A stretch of DNA of 64,000 nucleotides from Candidatus Latescibacterota bacterium (lineage in GTDB: Bacteria; Latescibacterota; UBA2968; UBA8231): assembly GCA_963422735.1 (NCBI GenBank), contig OY730476.1, forward strand, positions 4,864,001 to 4,928,000, given 5' to 3'. This document shows, in pieces, positions 30,441 through 39,636 of this stretch. A model generated the notes under the pieces. The model did no database searches. It was given only the letters and a program-made list of their open reading frames with translations, and was not told the origin of the DNA. A program made the translations under genes and the position numbers. Position 1 is the first letter of the stretch; each line of letters opens with the position of its first letter.

Positions 30441-31801
30441 CCTTTAAGGGCGTTCTACATCGCCTAATACAAGGCGCTCGCGCCTTCCGCACGCGGGTCG
30501 TGCTGCGCGTTGTTTTTCTTGGCATCACCTTGTGGCTGCTGCTTTACATCATAATAGCAAAAGGAATAAACCATCCGGCTGTTCTCATCGTCGTCGGCCT
30601 CGTCCTGCTCTACCAACTCTACGCCCTCGTGCATTACGTCGAGCGCACCAATCGCGATCTAGTGCGCTTTTTGAACGCCATCCGCTACGCCGATTTCTCG
30701 CAGACCTTTGTCTCCGGTGGCTTTGGCTCCTCTTTCGACGAACTCAAAACCGCGTTCAACGAGGTCCTTGACGCCTTTCGCCAAGCGCGGGCCGAAAAGG
30801 AAGAACAAGCGCGCTACCTGCAAACCGTGGTGCAGCACATTGGCGTCGGCTTGATCGCGTTCGACAACGCTGGCGAGGTGTCGCTGATCAACAACGCGGC
30901 TAAGCGCCTTTTTAGGGTGCCCCGCCTCGGCCACATCGCCGACCTCGACCGCGTCAATCCCATCCTAGCCACCACCCTACGAAGCCTCGGTCCCCGGGAC
31001 CGCGATCTAGTGAGTTTGGAAGAGGTCCGACTCGCCCTGCACGCATCGGTGTTCCGTCTAGGCGACCGCAAGCACACCCTAGTAGCACTCTACGACATTG
31101 GCCCCGATCTCGACGAAAAGGAAATGGAGGCTTGGCAAAACCTGATCCGCGTACTCACCCACGAGATCATGAATTCCATCACCCCCATCGCTTCGCTGGC
31201 TGCCACCGCGGATGGAATGCTAAAAGACGACGCCCTCGATGCCGAAACCACCGAAGACGTCCGCATCGCGGTGAGCACCATCCAGCGCCGCAGCGAGGGC
31301 CTGCTGCACTTTGTCGAGGCCTACCGCGACCTCACCCGCGTACCAGCGCCCTCCTTTGGGATTGTCTCGGTGGCCGGTCTGTTCGCCCGAGTGGAACAGC
31401 TACTGCGGCCCCAGTTCGCCGAGTCCGCGGTCGAGTTGTACATCCAAGTCGATCCACCCAGCCTCGAACTGACCGCCGACCCCGAGCAAGTCGAGCAGAT
31501 TCTCATCAATCTATTGAGTAATGCCCGCGAAGCCACCGCCGGCTGCGCCGGAGCCCGCGTTGATTTGACCGCTCATCTAGAGCACGACAAGGTCGTCGTC
31601 GAGGTCGCGGACAATGGGTCCGGCATCGTCGAAGAAGCACTCGGCAAGGTGTTCATTCCCTTTTTCACGACCAAGCGGGACGGCTCCGGCATTGGGCTGA
31701 GCCTGTGCCGCCAGATCATGCGGCTCCACCGAGGGTCCATCTCCGCTCGCTCGGAGCCGGGGGTGCGGACGGTATTTGCCTTGCGGTTTAGAAAGGATTA
31801 G
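30437..31801 (+). CDS. Sensor histidine kinase (NtrY-like, PAS domain)
   Basis: Two TMs, LTHEIMNSITPI H-box, INLLSNA, DNGSGI, FFTTK, GSGIGL. Confidence 0.95.
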   Translation: MAFKGVLHRLIQGARAFRTRVVLRVVFLGITLWLLLYIIIAKGINHPAVLIVVGLVLLYQLYALVHYVERTNRDLVRFLNAIRYADFSQTFVSGGFGSSFDELKTAFNEVLDAFRQARAEKEEQARYLQTVVQHIGVGLIAFDNAGEVSLINNAAKRLFRVPRLGHIADLDRVNPILATTLRSLGPRDRDLVSLEEVRLALHASVFRLGDRKHTLVALYDIGPDLDEKEMEAWQNLIRVLTHEIMNSITPIASLAATADGMLKDDALDAETTEDVRIAVSTIQRRSEGLLHFVEAYRDLTRVPAPSFGIVSVAGLFARVEQLLRPQFAESAVELYIQVDPPSLELTADPEQVEQILINLLSNAREATAGCAGARVDLTAHLEHDKVVVEVADNGSGIVEEALGKVFIPFFTTKRDGSGIGLSLCRQIMRLHRGSISARSEPGVRTVFALRFRKD

Positions 31802-31880
31802 CGAGTGTGGTCGTAGAGTATTGTAGTTCTACTTCGCTGCGAATTGACCGTTGGATTATGGGCGAGGATATCGGAGAGTA

Positions 31881-32182
31881 TCAGTTAGTCTGGTTCTCGA
31901 CCGTCGCCATTGGGTCCCTAGGCTGATAGCACTCGACCTTGATCCGGGATCCGGCATTCGCCTCTGCGCGCTTGCGCCAAATCGTACGAGATCTGCTAAC
32001 GCAGCCAGAATTCGGCATTGGACCAGCTCGCCTTCTCCAGCCGCATGTCCATTCAGTACGCGCGAAAGCGTGTGACGGGCCACGCCCAACCCCTTCGCCG
32101 CCTCGGTGACGTTCAGATAGAGCGGAGCCAAGCAATTCTCCTTGAGACTACGGCCAGGATGTGGTGGATTCTTCATAGCCAT
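31881..32182 (-). pseudogene. higA: HigA/VapI addiction-module antidote, disrupted
   Basis: [10 protein letters not shown]...[25 protein letters not shown], then frame breaks. Confidence 0.8.
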
Positions 32183-32289
32183 GATTTCTGATTCCAAGTC
32201 GATGCCGTAAAGCGAAAGATGATCCACCGGTTGACGGAAGTTGCGCGAACGGTCATCGCCGTCAATCCCGTATCCGAATTCTCGATTCC

Positions 32290-32450
32290 TCCGCGATCCA
32301 AAGCTGGAACGCAGGTCTATCGCTATAAGCAACTCATCGGCGACAAGCGGAAGGCGCGTATCTGGGCTAACCAACAGGTCGAAAGTCAGTTGGACTGTGC
32401 GATCCTCAATCGAGTGATCCATCTGGGCTAACCCGAGTCCTATGTGGGAG
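32290..32450 (+). mobile_element. IS5-family (IS903 group) transposase C-terminal remnant
   Basis: [47 protein letters not shown]. Confidence 0.75.
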
Positions 32451-32652
32451 AAAAATCAACTGACAAATAAACAACATTCGAGAACGATACCTGTGATATT
32501 TTTTGATACGAAGAGATATATTAGTGTGACATCTGCAATCAACACTGTGGCGACGGGTATCTTAGGTGATTCATTGCGACAATTTCGCAAGATCAACAGA
32601 CGTTGCCACATTCACGGCGGACCGCTTCCAAGCCACGTCGTGCTATCGCTCA

Positions 32653-33828
32653 TCAATGGTGAAAGAGCCGCACCCCCGAATTAATCATCAGCATTCCGTA
32701 TTTGTCTGCTGCCTCGATTACCAGATCATCCCGCGTTGACCCGCCAGTTTGGACTAGATACTCCACACCTGAACGCTGCACTCGGTCGATATTGTCGCGG
32801 AAGGGAAAAAAGGCGTCTGAACTAAGCGCCACGCCCTTGAGCCGGTTCAACCATGCTCGCTTCTCCTCGGCGCTGAGTCGTTGTGGAACCTCGCGGAAGT
32901 TGGCTTCCCAAGCCCTGAGTTCGGCCGGGGTGACATCGTCTTGCAGGTAGATGTCGATGGCGTTGGTTTTTTCCGGGCGTTTGAGGCCCTTGGCGAATTT
33001 CATGTTTAAGACTTTGGGGTGCAGGCGCAGGTACCAGTTGTCGGCCTTGGCGCACGCCAAGCGCACGCAGTGGACGCGCGACTGCTGGCCGGCACCGGTG
33101 CCGATGACTTGGCCGTCGCAGGCTAGGCACACTGAGTTGGATTGGGTGTACTTGAGGGCGATAGTCGCTACTGTCAGGTCGCGGCGGGCGCTAGCCGACA
33201 AGTCTTTGCGGGCAGTGACGATGTTGTGGAAAAATGCGTCGTCGGGAATAAAATCATTGCGTTGCTGTGCGAGTTGGACGCCGAATATCTGGCGCTGATC
33301 GGTCGCGTCAGGCGCGTAGTCTGGGTCAATTTGCAGGATGGGGTACTGACCTCCCTTTTTCTTTTTTAAGATCTCTAGGGCCTCTCGCTCGTAGCCGGGG
33401 GCGATGATTCCGTCGGAGACCTCGACGCGGATGAGATCGGCCGTGGAGAAATCGACCACATCGCTTAGGGCGATCCAGTCGCCAAAGGAGGCGAGGCGGT
33501 CGGCACCACGGGCGCGGGCGTAAGCCGTGCCCAGCGGGCTGAGAACGCGGTCGGCGACGAAGTAGGATGCGCTCAGGGTTTCGTCGAGCGGTGCAGCAAC
33601 GGCAGCACCCGCCGGGGAGACGTGTTTGAACGAGGCGGCAGCCGGCAGGCCGAGGGCGCGTTTGAGATCGCGGACGAGCTGCCAAGCGTTGAGTGCGTCC
33701 ATGAGGTTGATGTAGCTAGGAGCGGCGTTGAGCGGCTCGATGGGCAGGTCGCGGCCATCGGCCATAAAACAGCGGGCTGCTGCTTGGTGGGGGTTGCATC
33801 CGTAGCGCATGTCGATTGTAGCGGGCAT
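32653..33828 (-). CDS. purH: AICAR transformylase (PurH formyltransferase domain only)
   Basis: RYGCNPHQ, SFKHVSPAG, KYTQSNSV, GAGQQSR, SDAFFPF; 391 aa with no IMP cyclohydrolase domain. Confidence 0.92.
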   Translation of the reverse strand: MPATIDMRYGCNPHQAAARCFMADGRDLPIEPLNAAPSYINLMDALNAWQLVRDLKRALGLPAAASFKHVSPAGAAVAAPLDETLSASYFVADRVLSPLGTAYARARGADRLASFGDWIALSDVVDFSTADLIRVEVSDGIIAPGYEREALEILKKKKGGQYPILQIDPDYAPDATDQRQIFGVQLAQQRNDFIPDDAFFHNIVTARKDLSASARRDLTVATIALKYTQSNSVCLACDGQVIGTGAGQQSRVHCVRLACAKADNWYLRLHPKVLNMKFAKGLKRPEKTNAIDIYLQDDVTPAELRAWEANFREVPQRLSAEEKRAWLNRLKGVALSSDAFFPFRDNIDRVQRSGVEYLVQTGGSTRDDLVIEAADKYGMLMINSGVRLFHH

Positions 33829-33948
33829 AGTTTCTCCTCGACGAAGCCATTTGACAAAAGTTGAGGTGGCATATTATGTTGGGCAATCGCGCAAAAAACA
33901 ATCGCCAATCAACCCCTTTCTGACAAGCCAAGGCGAGGTAAAAGGACC

Positions 33949-34986
33949 ATGTTCAAAGGTTGTAGTACGGCCCTAGTGACGCCCATGAGCGCAGACGGCA
34001 GCATTGACTACGGCGGTTTGGAACAACTCGTGGAATTCCAAATTGCCAACAATATCCAAGCCGTACTCGCGGTCGGAACGACAGGCGAAAGCCCGACCCT
34101 GCTATGGGAGGAGCACAACGGAGTCATAGATCGCACGGTCGCGCTGGCCAAGGGGCGCACCCTATCGATTGCTGGCACGGGCAGCAACTCCACCAAGGAA
34201 ACCTTGGCGGGCAGCGAGCACGCCGCCCACATCGGCGCGGACGCCGTGCTTTTGGTCGATCCCTACTACAATGGGCCTAGCTCCTTGGAAATCCGCCGCG
34301 AATACGTCGAGCCGGTGGCGCGGGCTTATCCCGAGGTGCAGATCATCCCCTATATCATTCCCGGGCGCACCGGCTGCATGATGCAGGTGGAAGATTTGGC
34401 CATCCTCGCCCACCAGTATCCCAACGTGGCCCAAGTCAAAGAGGCGACCGGCGACTTGGACAACATGGCCAAGACGCGCCGGCTCTGCGGCGACGATTTT
34501 ACCATTCTCTCGGGCGATGACGACAAGACCGTGGCCATGATGAAGAGCAAGGATATCCGGGCCGCTGGTGTCATCTCGGTGATGTCCAATGTCATTCCGG
34601 GTCCCATCCAGCGGCTCACCGAGCTGCTCAACGCGGGCGAGGAGGATGAGGCCGATAGTTTGGCTGAGAAGCTGGCACCGCTTTTTGGCATAGTCGGCGT
34701 TGCGACCACTGAACAGAGTACTTATGGCCCTGTCGAGTGCAAGGCGCGCAACCCGGTGCCGATTAAGACGCTGATGAACATCCTCGGCATGCCGGCTGGG
34801 CCGGTGCGGCAGCCGTTGGGCAAGATGACGCACGCGGGCGCGCAAACGGTGCTGGGGGCCGCGCGCCAAGTACACGCCAATGACTCAACGGCTTTTGCGC
34901 CGGTCGCCGAGTTTTTCGGAGTGGATGTGGAAGCGCGTCTGCACGACGACTCGCTGGTCGAGTGCGCGGTGTATCCATCGTATTAA
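33949..34986 (+). CDS. dapA: 4-hydroxy-tetrahydrodipicolinate synthase
   Basis: TALVTP, GTTGES, PYYN, VKEATG, NPVPIK; adjacent to dapB. Confidence 0.93.
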   Translation: MFKGCSTALVTPMSADGSIDYGGLEQLVEFQIANNIQAVLAVGTTGESPTLLWEEHNGVIDRTVALAKGRTLSIAGTGSNSTKETLAGSEHAAHIGADAVLLVDPYYNGPSSLEIRREYVEPVARAYPEVQIIPYIIPGRTGCMMQVEDLAILAHQYPNVAQVKEATGDLDNMAKTRRLCGDDFTILSGDDDKTVAMMKSKDIRAAGVISVMSNVIPGPIQRLTELLNAGEEDEADSLAEKLAPLFGIVGVATTEQSTYGPVECKARNPVPIKTLMNILGMPAGPVRQPLGKMTHAGAQTVLGAARQVHANDSTAFAPVAEFFGVDVEARLHDDSLVECAVYPSY

Positions 34987-35000
34987 TCGAGGATAGAGCG

Positions 35001-35804
35001 ATGACCAAAATCGTAATCTGCGGGGTGGCCGGGCGCATGGGGCAGCGGCTGGCCCACTTGGTTTTGACGGCTGCTGATTTGGAGTTGTGCGGTGGCAAGG
35101 AGCACCCGGCCCACGAGGCGGTGGGGCGCGACATCGGCGAGGTCATCGGCACCCGGCGTCTCGACTTAACGGTCAGCGACACGCTGGCGGGCATCGTCGA
35201 GCCAGACCGGGTTGTCATCAGTTTCACGACCCCGGAAGCGACCCTCGAAGACGCGGCCCTCTGCGCGGTGCGCGGAGGGCCCATGGTGGTGGGGACCACG
35301 GGTTTTAACCCGGAGCAGCTAGCGGAATTCAAGCGGACGGTAGCAGACATTACGTGCGTGTTTGCGTCGAATTTTAGCACCGCCATGAACGTGCTCTTCA
35401 AACTGGTAGAAGAGACGGCGCGGATCTTGGGCGACGACTACGACGTGGAAGTCATTGAAGCGCATCACCGGCACAAGGTCGATGCGCCCTCTGGATCGGC
35501 ACTGACACTGGCCGAGCGGGCCGCGGCCGGATTGGGCCGCAATTTGGGGGAGGTGGCCGTACATGGGCGGTCGGGTGTAGTCGGCGAGCGCTCTCGCCAG
35601 GAGATTGGCGTACATGCGATCCGCGCCGGCGACTTGGCGGGCGATCACTCGGTGCTCTACGCGGCCCCGGGCGAGTGCCTTGAACTGCAGCACCGCGCCA
35701 CGAGCCGCGATTCCTTTGCTTTGGGTGCGCTGCGCGCCGCTCGCTTTGCAGCGCAGGCCGCGCCGGGGATGTACTCGATGGGAGACGTGCTGGGGCTGGG
35801 TTAA
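35001..35804 (+). CDS. dapB: 4-hydroxy-tetrahydrodipicolinate reductase
   Basis: GVAGRMG, GTTG, EAHHRHKVDAPSG, IRAG. Confidence 0.96.
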   Translation: MTKIVICGVAGRMGQRLAHLVLTAADLELCGGKEHPAHEAVGRDIGEVIGTRRLDLTVSDTLAGIVEPDRVVISFTTPEATLEDAALCAVRGGPMVVGTTGFNPEQLAEFKRTVADITCVFASNFSTAMNVLFKLVEETARILGDDYDVEVIEAHHRHKVDAPSGSALTLAERAAAGLGRNLGEVAVHGRSGVVGERSRQEIGVHAIRAGDLAGDHSVLYAAPGECLELQHRATSRDSFALGALRAARFAAQAAPGMYSMGDVLGLG

Positions 35805-35808
35805 TAGC

Positions 35809-36576
35809 TCAGCGCTTGGGGCGGAGGAGGTGCTGCGGCCCTGGCCACAGGGTCTGGATCTTGTCGCGCAGCCGTGCAGCTTCCTCAAAGTTTTCCGCTT
35901 CCACGGCCACCTGTAGGTCGCGCTCTAATTGCTCGCGCTGGGACAGCGGGCGCTCCTGCTCCAATTCCTCGTACCATTCGCGCAAAAAGGAAATCTCGGG
36001 CAAATCCTCTTCTAGCTCGGATTCCCATTCTTCGACAAAACTCTCGATGTGGGCAATGCCCTCTTCCACAGCGCGCATGGCCGCTGGATAGTCGTCGTTG
36101 TGCAGGGCTAGCATGGCGTGCGCTCGGGTCTGCATCATAATCGCGTGTGGGTAGTACTGCTCAAAGTACCAGCGGATCTCGTCGTTGGGTGCGCACTGAT
36201 TGATCAATTCAAAAATTTGTAGGGTGTGCTCGGTATCGGCGACGACCCCTTCGTAGTCCTCTAAGTTGAACAGACTCAAGTAGCGGTGGTAATACTGCCA
36301 GGCCTCTTGGAAGAGCTCCTCGCACTCGTCCTCCCCTAACACAAAGCCTTCCGGGGTGTCGCGCGATTCGATGAGGTCTTGATAGTAGTCGAGCAGCGAG
36401 GGGTAGCCGTGCGGTTGTTGGCCGTCGGGACGGCCGTCCAATTCGAGCTGAAGAAGCCCCATGTCGATGCGGATTTGAAGTTTTTCCTCGCCTTTGCTGG
36501 TGCGGATGCGCCGAGCGAGGAATTCGTCGGGCTTGAATTCCCAACCGTTGAGCAAGTCGCCGATATCGTAATTCAT
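35809..36576 (-). CDS. UvrB/UvrC-motif-containing protein
   Basis: LQIRIDMGLLQLELDGRPDG; C-terminal LQVAVEAENFEEAARLRDKI UVR coiled coil. Confidence 0.82.
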   Translation of the reverse strand: MNYDIGDLLNGWEFKPDEFLARRIRTSKGEEKLQIRIDMGLLQLELDGRPDGQQPHGYPSLLDYYQDLIESRDTPEGFVLGEDECEELFQEAWQYYHRYLSLFNLEDYEGVVADTEHTLQIFELINQCAPNDEIRWYFEQYYPHAIMMQTRAHAMLALHNDDYPAAMRAVEEGIAHIESFVEEWESELEEDLPEISFLREWYEELEQERPLSQREQLERDLQVAVEAENFEEAARLRDKIQTLWPGPQHLLRPKR

Positions 36577-36711
36577 GGGCGCGCTCTCTGACAGAAGATA
36601 GAATGAAAAACCCCGTCCCCAAGGAGGCTGGGGGAGCACAGGGACAATATAGGGCAGAACCTGGTACTGCGCTACTAATCGGCGTGTTTCTCGTCCAATC
36701 GCTTGCCCAGA

Positions 36712-36743
36712 CAAAAGAAGCGCGGGGCTGCAAGCCCCGCGCT
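36712..36743 (-). terminator. GC-rich hairpin with a minus-strand U-tail (terminator or REP-like)
   Basis: AGCGCGGGGC-TGCAA-GCCCCGCGCT at 36719-36743; minus strand continues TCTTTT. Confidence 0.5.
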
Positions 36744-36907
36744 CATTGTGATATATAATATACGAAAAAGGAAAGAGGATGTCCAGTAAAAGGATTTAAG
36801 TAGAATATAAATAACATGTTATAGAAAATTTTATATTGACGCGATCCACCGCTTAATCTACCTTAAGACCGTCCCCAATTCCCAATTCATTCCACACAGG
36901 AGGACCG

Positions 36908-37672
36908 ATGTCCCAGCACGAGAACGATGCTCTGCAAGTGCAGGGTGGCCGGGTGGTGCTAGGGGAGTGGTCGGGCGATCTGGAAGAATTGATCGCCAAG
37001 AACGTCGCCTTGCGCCAGATGCTGTGCGAAGAGCGCGCCGACGAGGCCCGTGCGCTGCTCAAGGCACAGGCCGTTGAGGAACAAGCCGCGCTAGTAGCCA
37101 TAGACGAAAACCCCGAGGAGGTGCTCTCGCTGACCGGCATGGACGCCCAAGGCCGCCCGGGGTATTTGCCCGCTGTCGTCGATAAGCTGCCGTCGGAGAT
37201 CATCGCCGAGTTGGTTGCTCCCAGCGAGTACAAGCTGGCGAGATTCAACACCGCGCTTTTGCAAACCATGTCGGTGGAGTCGTTTGCCCGCGCCGTAGAA
37301 GATACGCTCGATCCGATTTACTATCACGGCAACCGCACTAAGGTGTCGTGGGAGTGGCTCGAAGCGGTCGCCGCGCTAGACGATCACAACAAGCGCGCTG
37401 CGCTCTTGTACAAGGTGGATCAGAACCTGCTAGAGGAAGCCTTCCTCGACAAGGTTGATGGCATTGATATGCACGCCGAGATCGATGCGGGCCGTTACGG
37501 TACTGTTTCGGCTTATCGCTTGCTTTCGGAGTCGGGCCAGGCGATGATGTTGCCGCCGGTCAGCGACCCGGAGGTCCGCGAGGTCATCCACGCTTTGCAC
37601 CAAGCCGCGCCCGAGTTGCTCGCAAAGGTGCTGCGCGCTGCTTGGGAGCGGGCCGGTGGAGAGGCCTCGTGA
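36908..37672 (+). CDS. Hypothetical alpha-helical protein
   Basis: GGAGG RBS, host-like codon usage, translationally coupled to the next ORF. Confidence 0.75.
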   Translation: MSQHENDALQVQGGRVVLGEWSGDLEELIAKNVALRQMLCEERADEARALLKAQAVEEQAALVAIDENPEEVLSLTGMDAQGRPGYLPAVVDKLPSEIIAELVAPSEYKLARFNTALLQTMSVESFARAVEDTLDPIYYHGNRTKVSWEWLEAVAALDDHNKRAALLYKVDQNLLEEAFLDKVDGIDMHAEIDAGRYGTVSAYRLLSESGQAMMLPPVSDPEVREVIHALHQAAPELLAKVLRAAWERAGGEAS

Positions 37673-38580
37673 GCCGGCTAGCGCGCGTCGATCTCAACCA
37701 AGTCTTGCTCGACCGCCATAGTTTCATCGGCCAAGTGGTGGCCGCGGGCCTCGAATACGGGCAGTTGCCGCCGCACTTTATGGATTCGCTGCGGGCTTAT
37801 CTCCGGGTCCACGGGCTGGCCTTTGCCCAGCGCCAGCGCACTGGCATCGCCCTCGGCCGCGACCGGTTGCGCCAGGGTATGGAGCGAGGTTTGGCGTGCA
37901 TGGACTTGGCGCTGGAGGAGGAAAGCGGCGGCGACCTCAACGCAGCCGTCGCCAAGCTGGCCAGCGACCCGTTTGACGCGCTCTACAAGCAGGGTTGGGA
38001 GCGCGCTTTCCAGCGCTTGGAAAAGATGCGCCAGCAGGCCTGCGCCTTGGTCGGCTGTCCCGAACTGGGTTTTTGGCCCGACCTGCGCCCCAAAGTCGCA
38101 GCTTGGGCCCAGATCGTGCCTGAGACATGGGCCGGACCCAGTGCCATTGACCTGCGCGCCGACGGCCAAACGCTGCAAGAGCTAACCGGCAAGGTGGCCT
38201 TTGTGCGCTCGTTGCCAAAGCCATCGATAGCCGCTTTGCTCGAGCAGGTCGAGGTGGATTTCGCCGGCGTACTGCATCGCGTCATTTTGGCGTTGGCGCT
38301 GGGGCGTGTCGAGCTAGAGGTCAACGAGGCGCACGTGTCGCGCTTTCGCGCCGAGTGCTTTGATGCAGGTGGGCTGCGCCCTCACGTGCGTCGGCAGGTG
38401 GTAGCCCAGTTCGTCGGGCACTTGGACGATGCCGTGGCGGATGCGGAAATCCGGGCGCAGATTGCCGATGAGTTGGGCGCGGAAATCGCGGTGCTAGAAC
38501 GGGCCGCGGACCGGGGCGACCTAGCGGCGTTCTTTCTAGCGCATCCGGTGTCGCTTTTTCCGCTTGGGGAATTTGAGTAG
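37669..38580 (+). CDS. Hypothetical protein
   Basis: GTGA overlap with the upstream stop; long ORF with host-like codon usage. Confidence 0.72.
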   Translation: MSRLARVDLNQVLLDRHSFIGQVVAAGLEYGQLPPHFMDSLRAYLRVHGLAFAQRQRTGIALGRDRLRQGMERGLACMDLALEEESGGDLNAAVAKLASDPFDALYKQGWERAFQRLEKMRQQACALVGCPELGFWPDLRPKVAAWAQIVPETWAGPSAIDLRADGQTLQELTGKVAFVRSLPKPSIAALLEQVEVDFAGVLHRVILALALGRVELEVNEAHVSRFRAECFDAGGLRPHVRRQVVAQFVGHLDDAVADAEIRAQIADELGAEIAVLERAADRGDLAAFFLAHPVSLFPLGEFE

Positions 38581-38640
38581 CTTTGCAAGCCTCATTGACT
38601 AGCGGTTTTCCTATGCACTCTACACCTTCTGCGAGGTCTT

Positions 38641-39558
38641 ATGGCTCATCGCGAATTCACCCCCACCCACTACCACACGACTATCGGCTGGCACGAGCCC
38701 GTGCTGGCCATCGCCCCCGGCGATACGGTCTCTACCACGACAGTTGATGCTCGCGGCCAAGACCAGCACGGCGAGCGGGTCACTGAGCGCGGCAACCCGA
38801 TGACTGGTCCTTTCTACATAGAGGGAGCCGATCCGGGCGACACCTTGGTCGTTCATTTCGACAAGCTCTACCCCAACCGCGACTGGGGCTGGACGGCCAA
38901 GGGAATCGCGCCCAATGTGCTGGACCCGGGTTTTACAACCGGGATTGAGCGCGACGACCAACCGCTCCGGTGGCCGATTGACCTAGCCGCAGGCACGACG
39001 ACGCAGCCGGATGTTCTACCGGGCTTGGTGCTGCCCCTTAGCCCGATGCTGGGCTGTTTCGGAGTGGCTCCGCCGCGCGGTCAGGCCATTTCCACGGCGA
39101 CCTCTTCGACCCACGGCGGCAACATGGACTACCGAGGCTTTGTCGCAGGCGCGACCGTCTATCTGCCGGTCGCGGCCCCGGGGGCACTCTTCCACCTAGG
39201 CGACGGGCACGCCATCCAAGGCGACGGCGAGATCGTCGGCACGGGCGTGGAAATTTCCTTTGACGCGACATTTAGGGTCGAGGTGCTCAAAGGCCAGCCG
39301 ATCGGCTGGCCCCGCGCCGAGAACGCCACGCACATTCTCGCGGTCGGCAATGCGCGTCCTTTGGACCAATGCGTGCAACACGCTACCAGCGAGATGGTCA
39401 ACTGGCTCACCGAGGATTACGCGCTTACCGAGATGAGTGCCCACGCGCTTTTAGGGCAGTGCGTGGAATACGACATGGGGAACGTGTACGACCCGGCGTA
39501 CACCATGGTTTGCAAGGTCGCGAAGTCGCTGCTAAAGGGCGTAGCCAGTGATCAGTGA
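38641..39558 (+). CDS. Acetamidase/formamidase family protein
   Basis: NPMTGPFYIEGA.PGD, HGGNMD, GDGHAIQGDGE. Confidence 0.92.
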   Translation: MAHREFTPTHYHTTIGWHEPVLAIAPGDTVSTTTVDARGQDQHGERVTERGNPMTGPFYIEGADPGDTLVVHFDKLYPNRDWGWTAKGIAPNVLDPGFTTGIERDDQPLRWPIDLAAGTTTQPDVLPGLVLPLSPMLGCFGVAPPRGQAISTATSSTHGGNMDYRGFVAGATVYLPVAAPGALFHLGDGHAIQGDGEIVGTGVEISFDATFRVEVLKGQPIGWPRAENATHILAVGNARPLDQCVQHATSEMVNWLTEDYALTEMSAHALLGQCVEYDMGNVYDPAYTMVCKVAKSLLKGVASDQ

Positions 39559-39636
39559 TCAGTGATCAGTGGTTAGCCCCCGCACCGGGCCTTGGTGGAG
39601 AGGGGAAGGGGCTGACCACTAACCACTAACCACTAA
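39545..39636. repeat. Inverted heptamer repeats between convergent genes (possible bidirectional terminator)
   Basis: (CAGTGAT)x3 CAGTGGTTAGCCCC ... GGGGCTGA (CCACTAA)x3. Confidence 0.82.

Noticed and set aside
31856-32422. 188-aa ORF as a single real gene
   Set aside because: Chance read-through joining antisense IS5 remnant sequence to a broken higA
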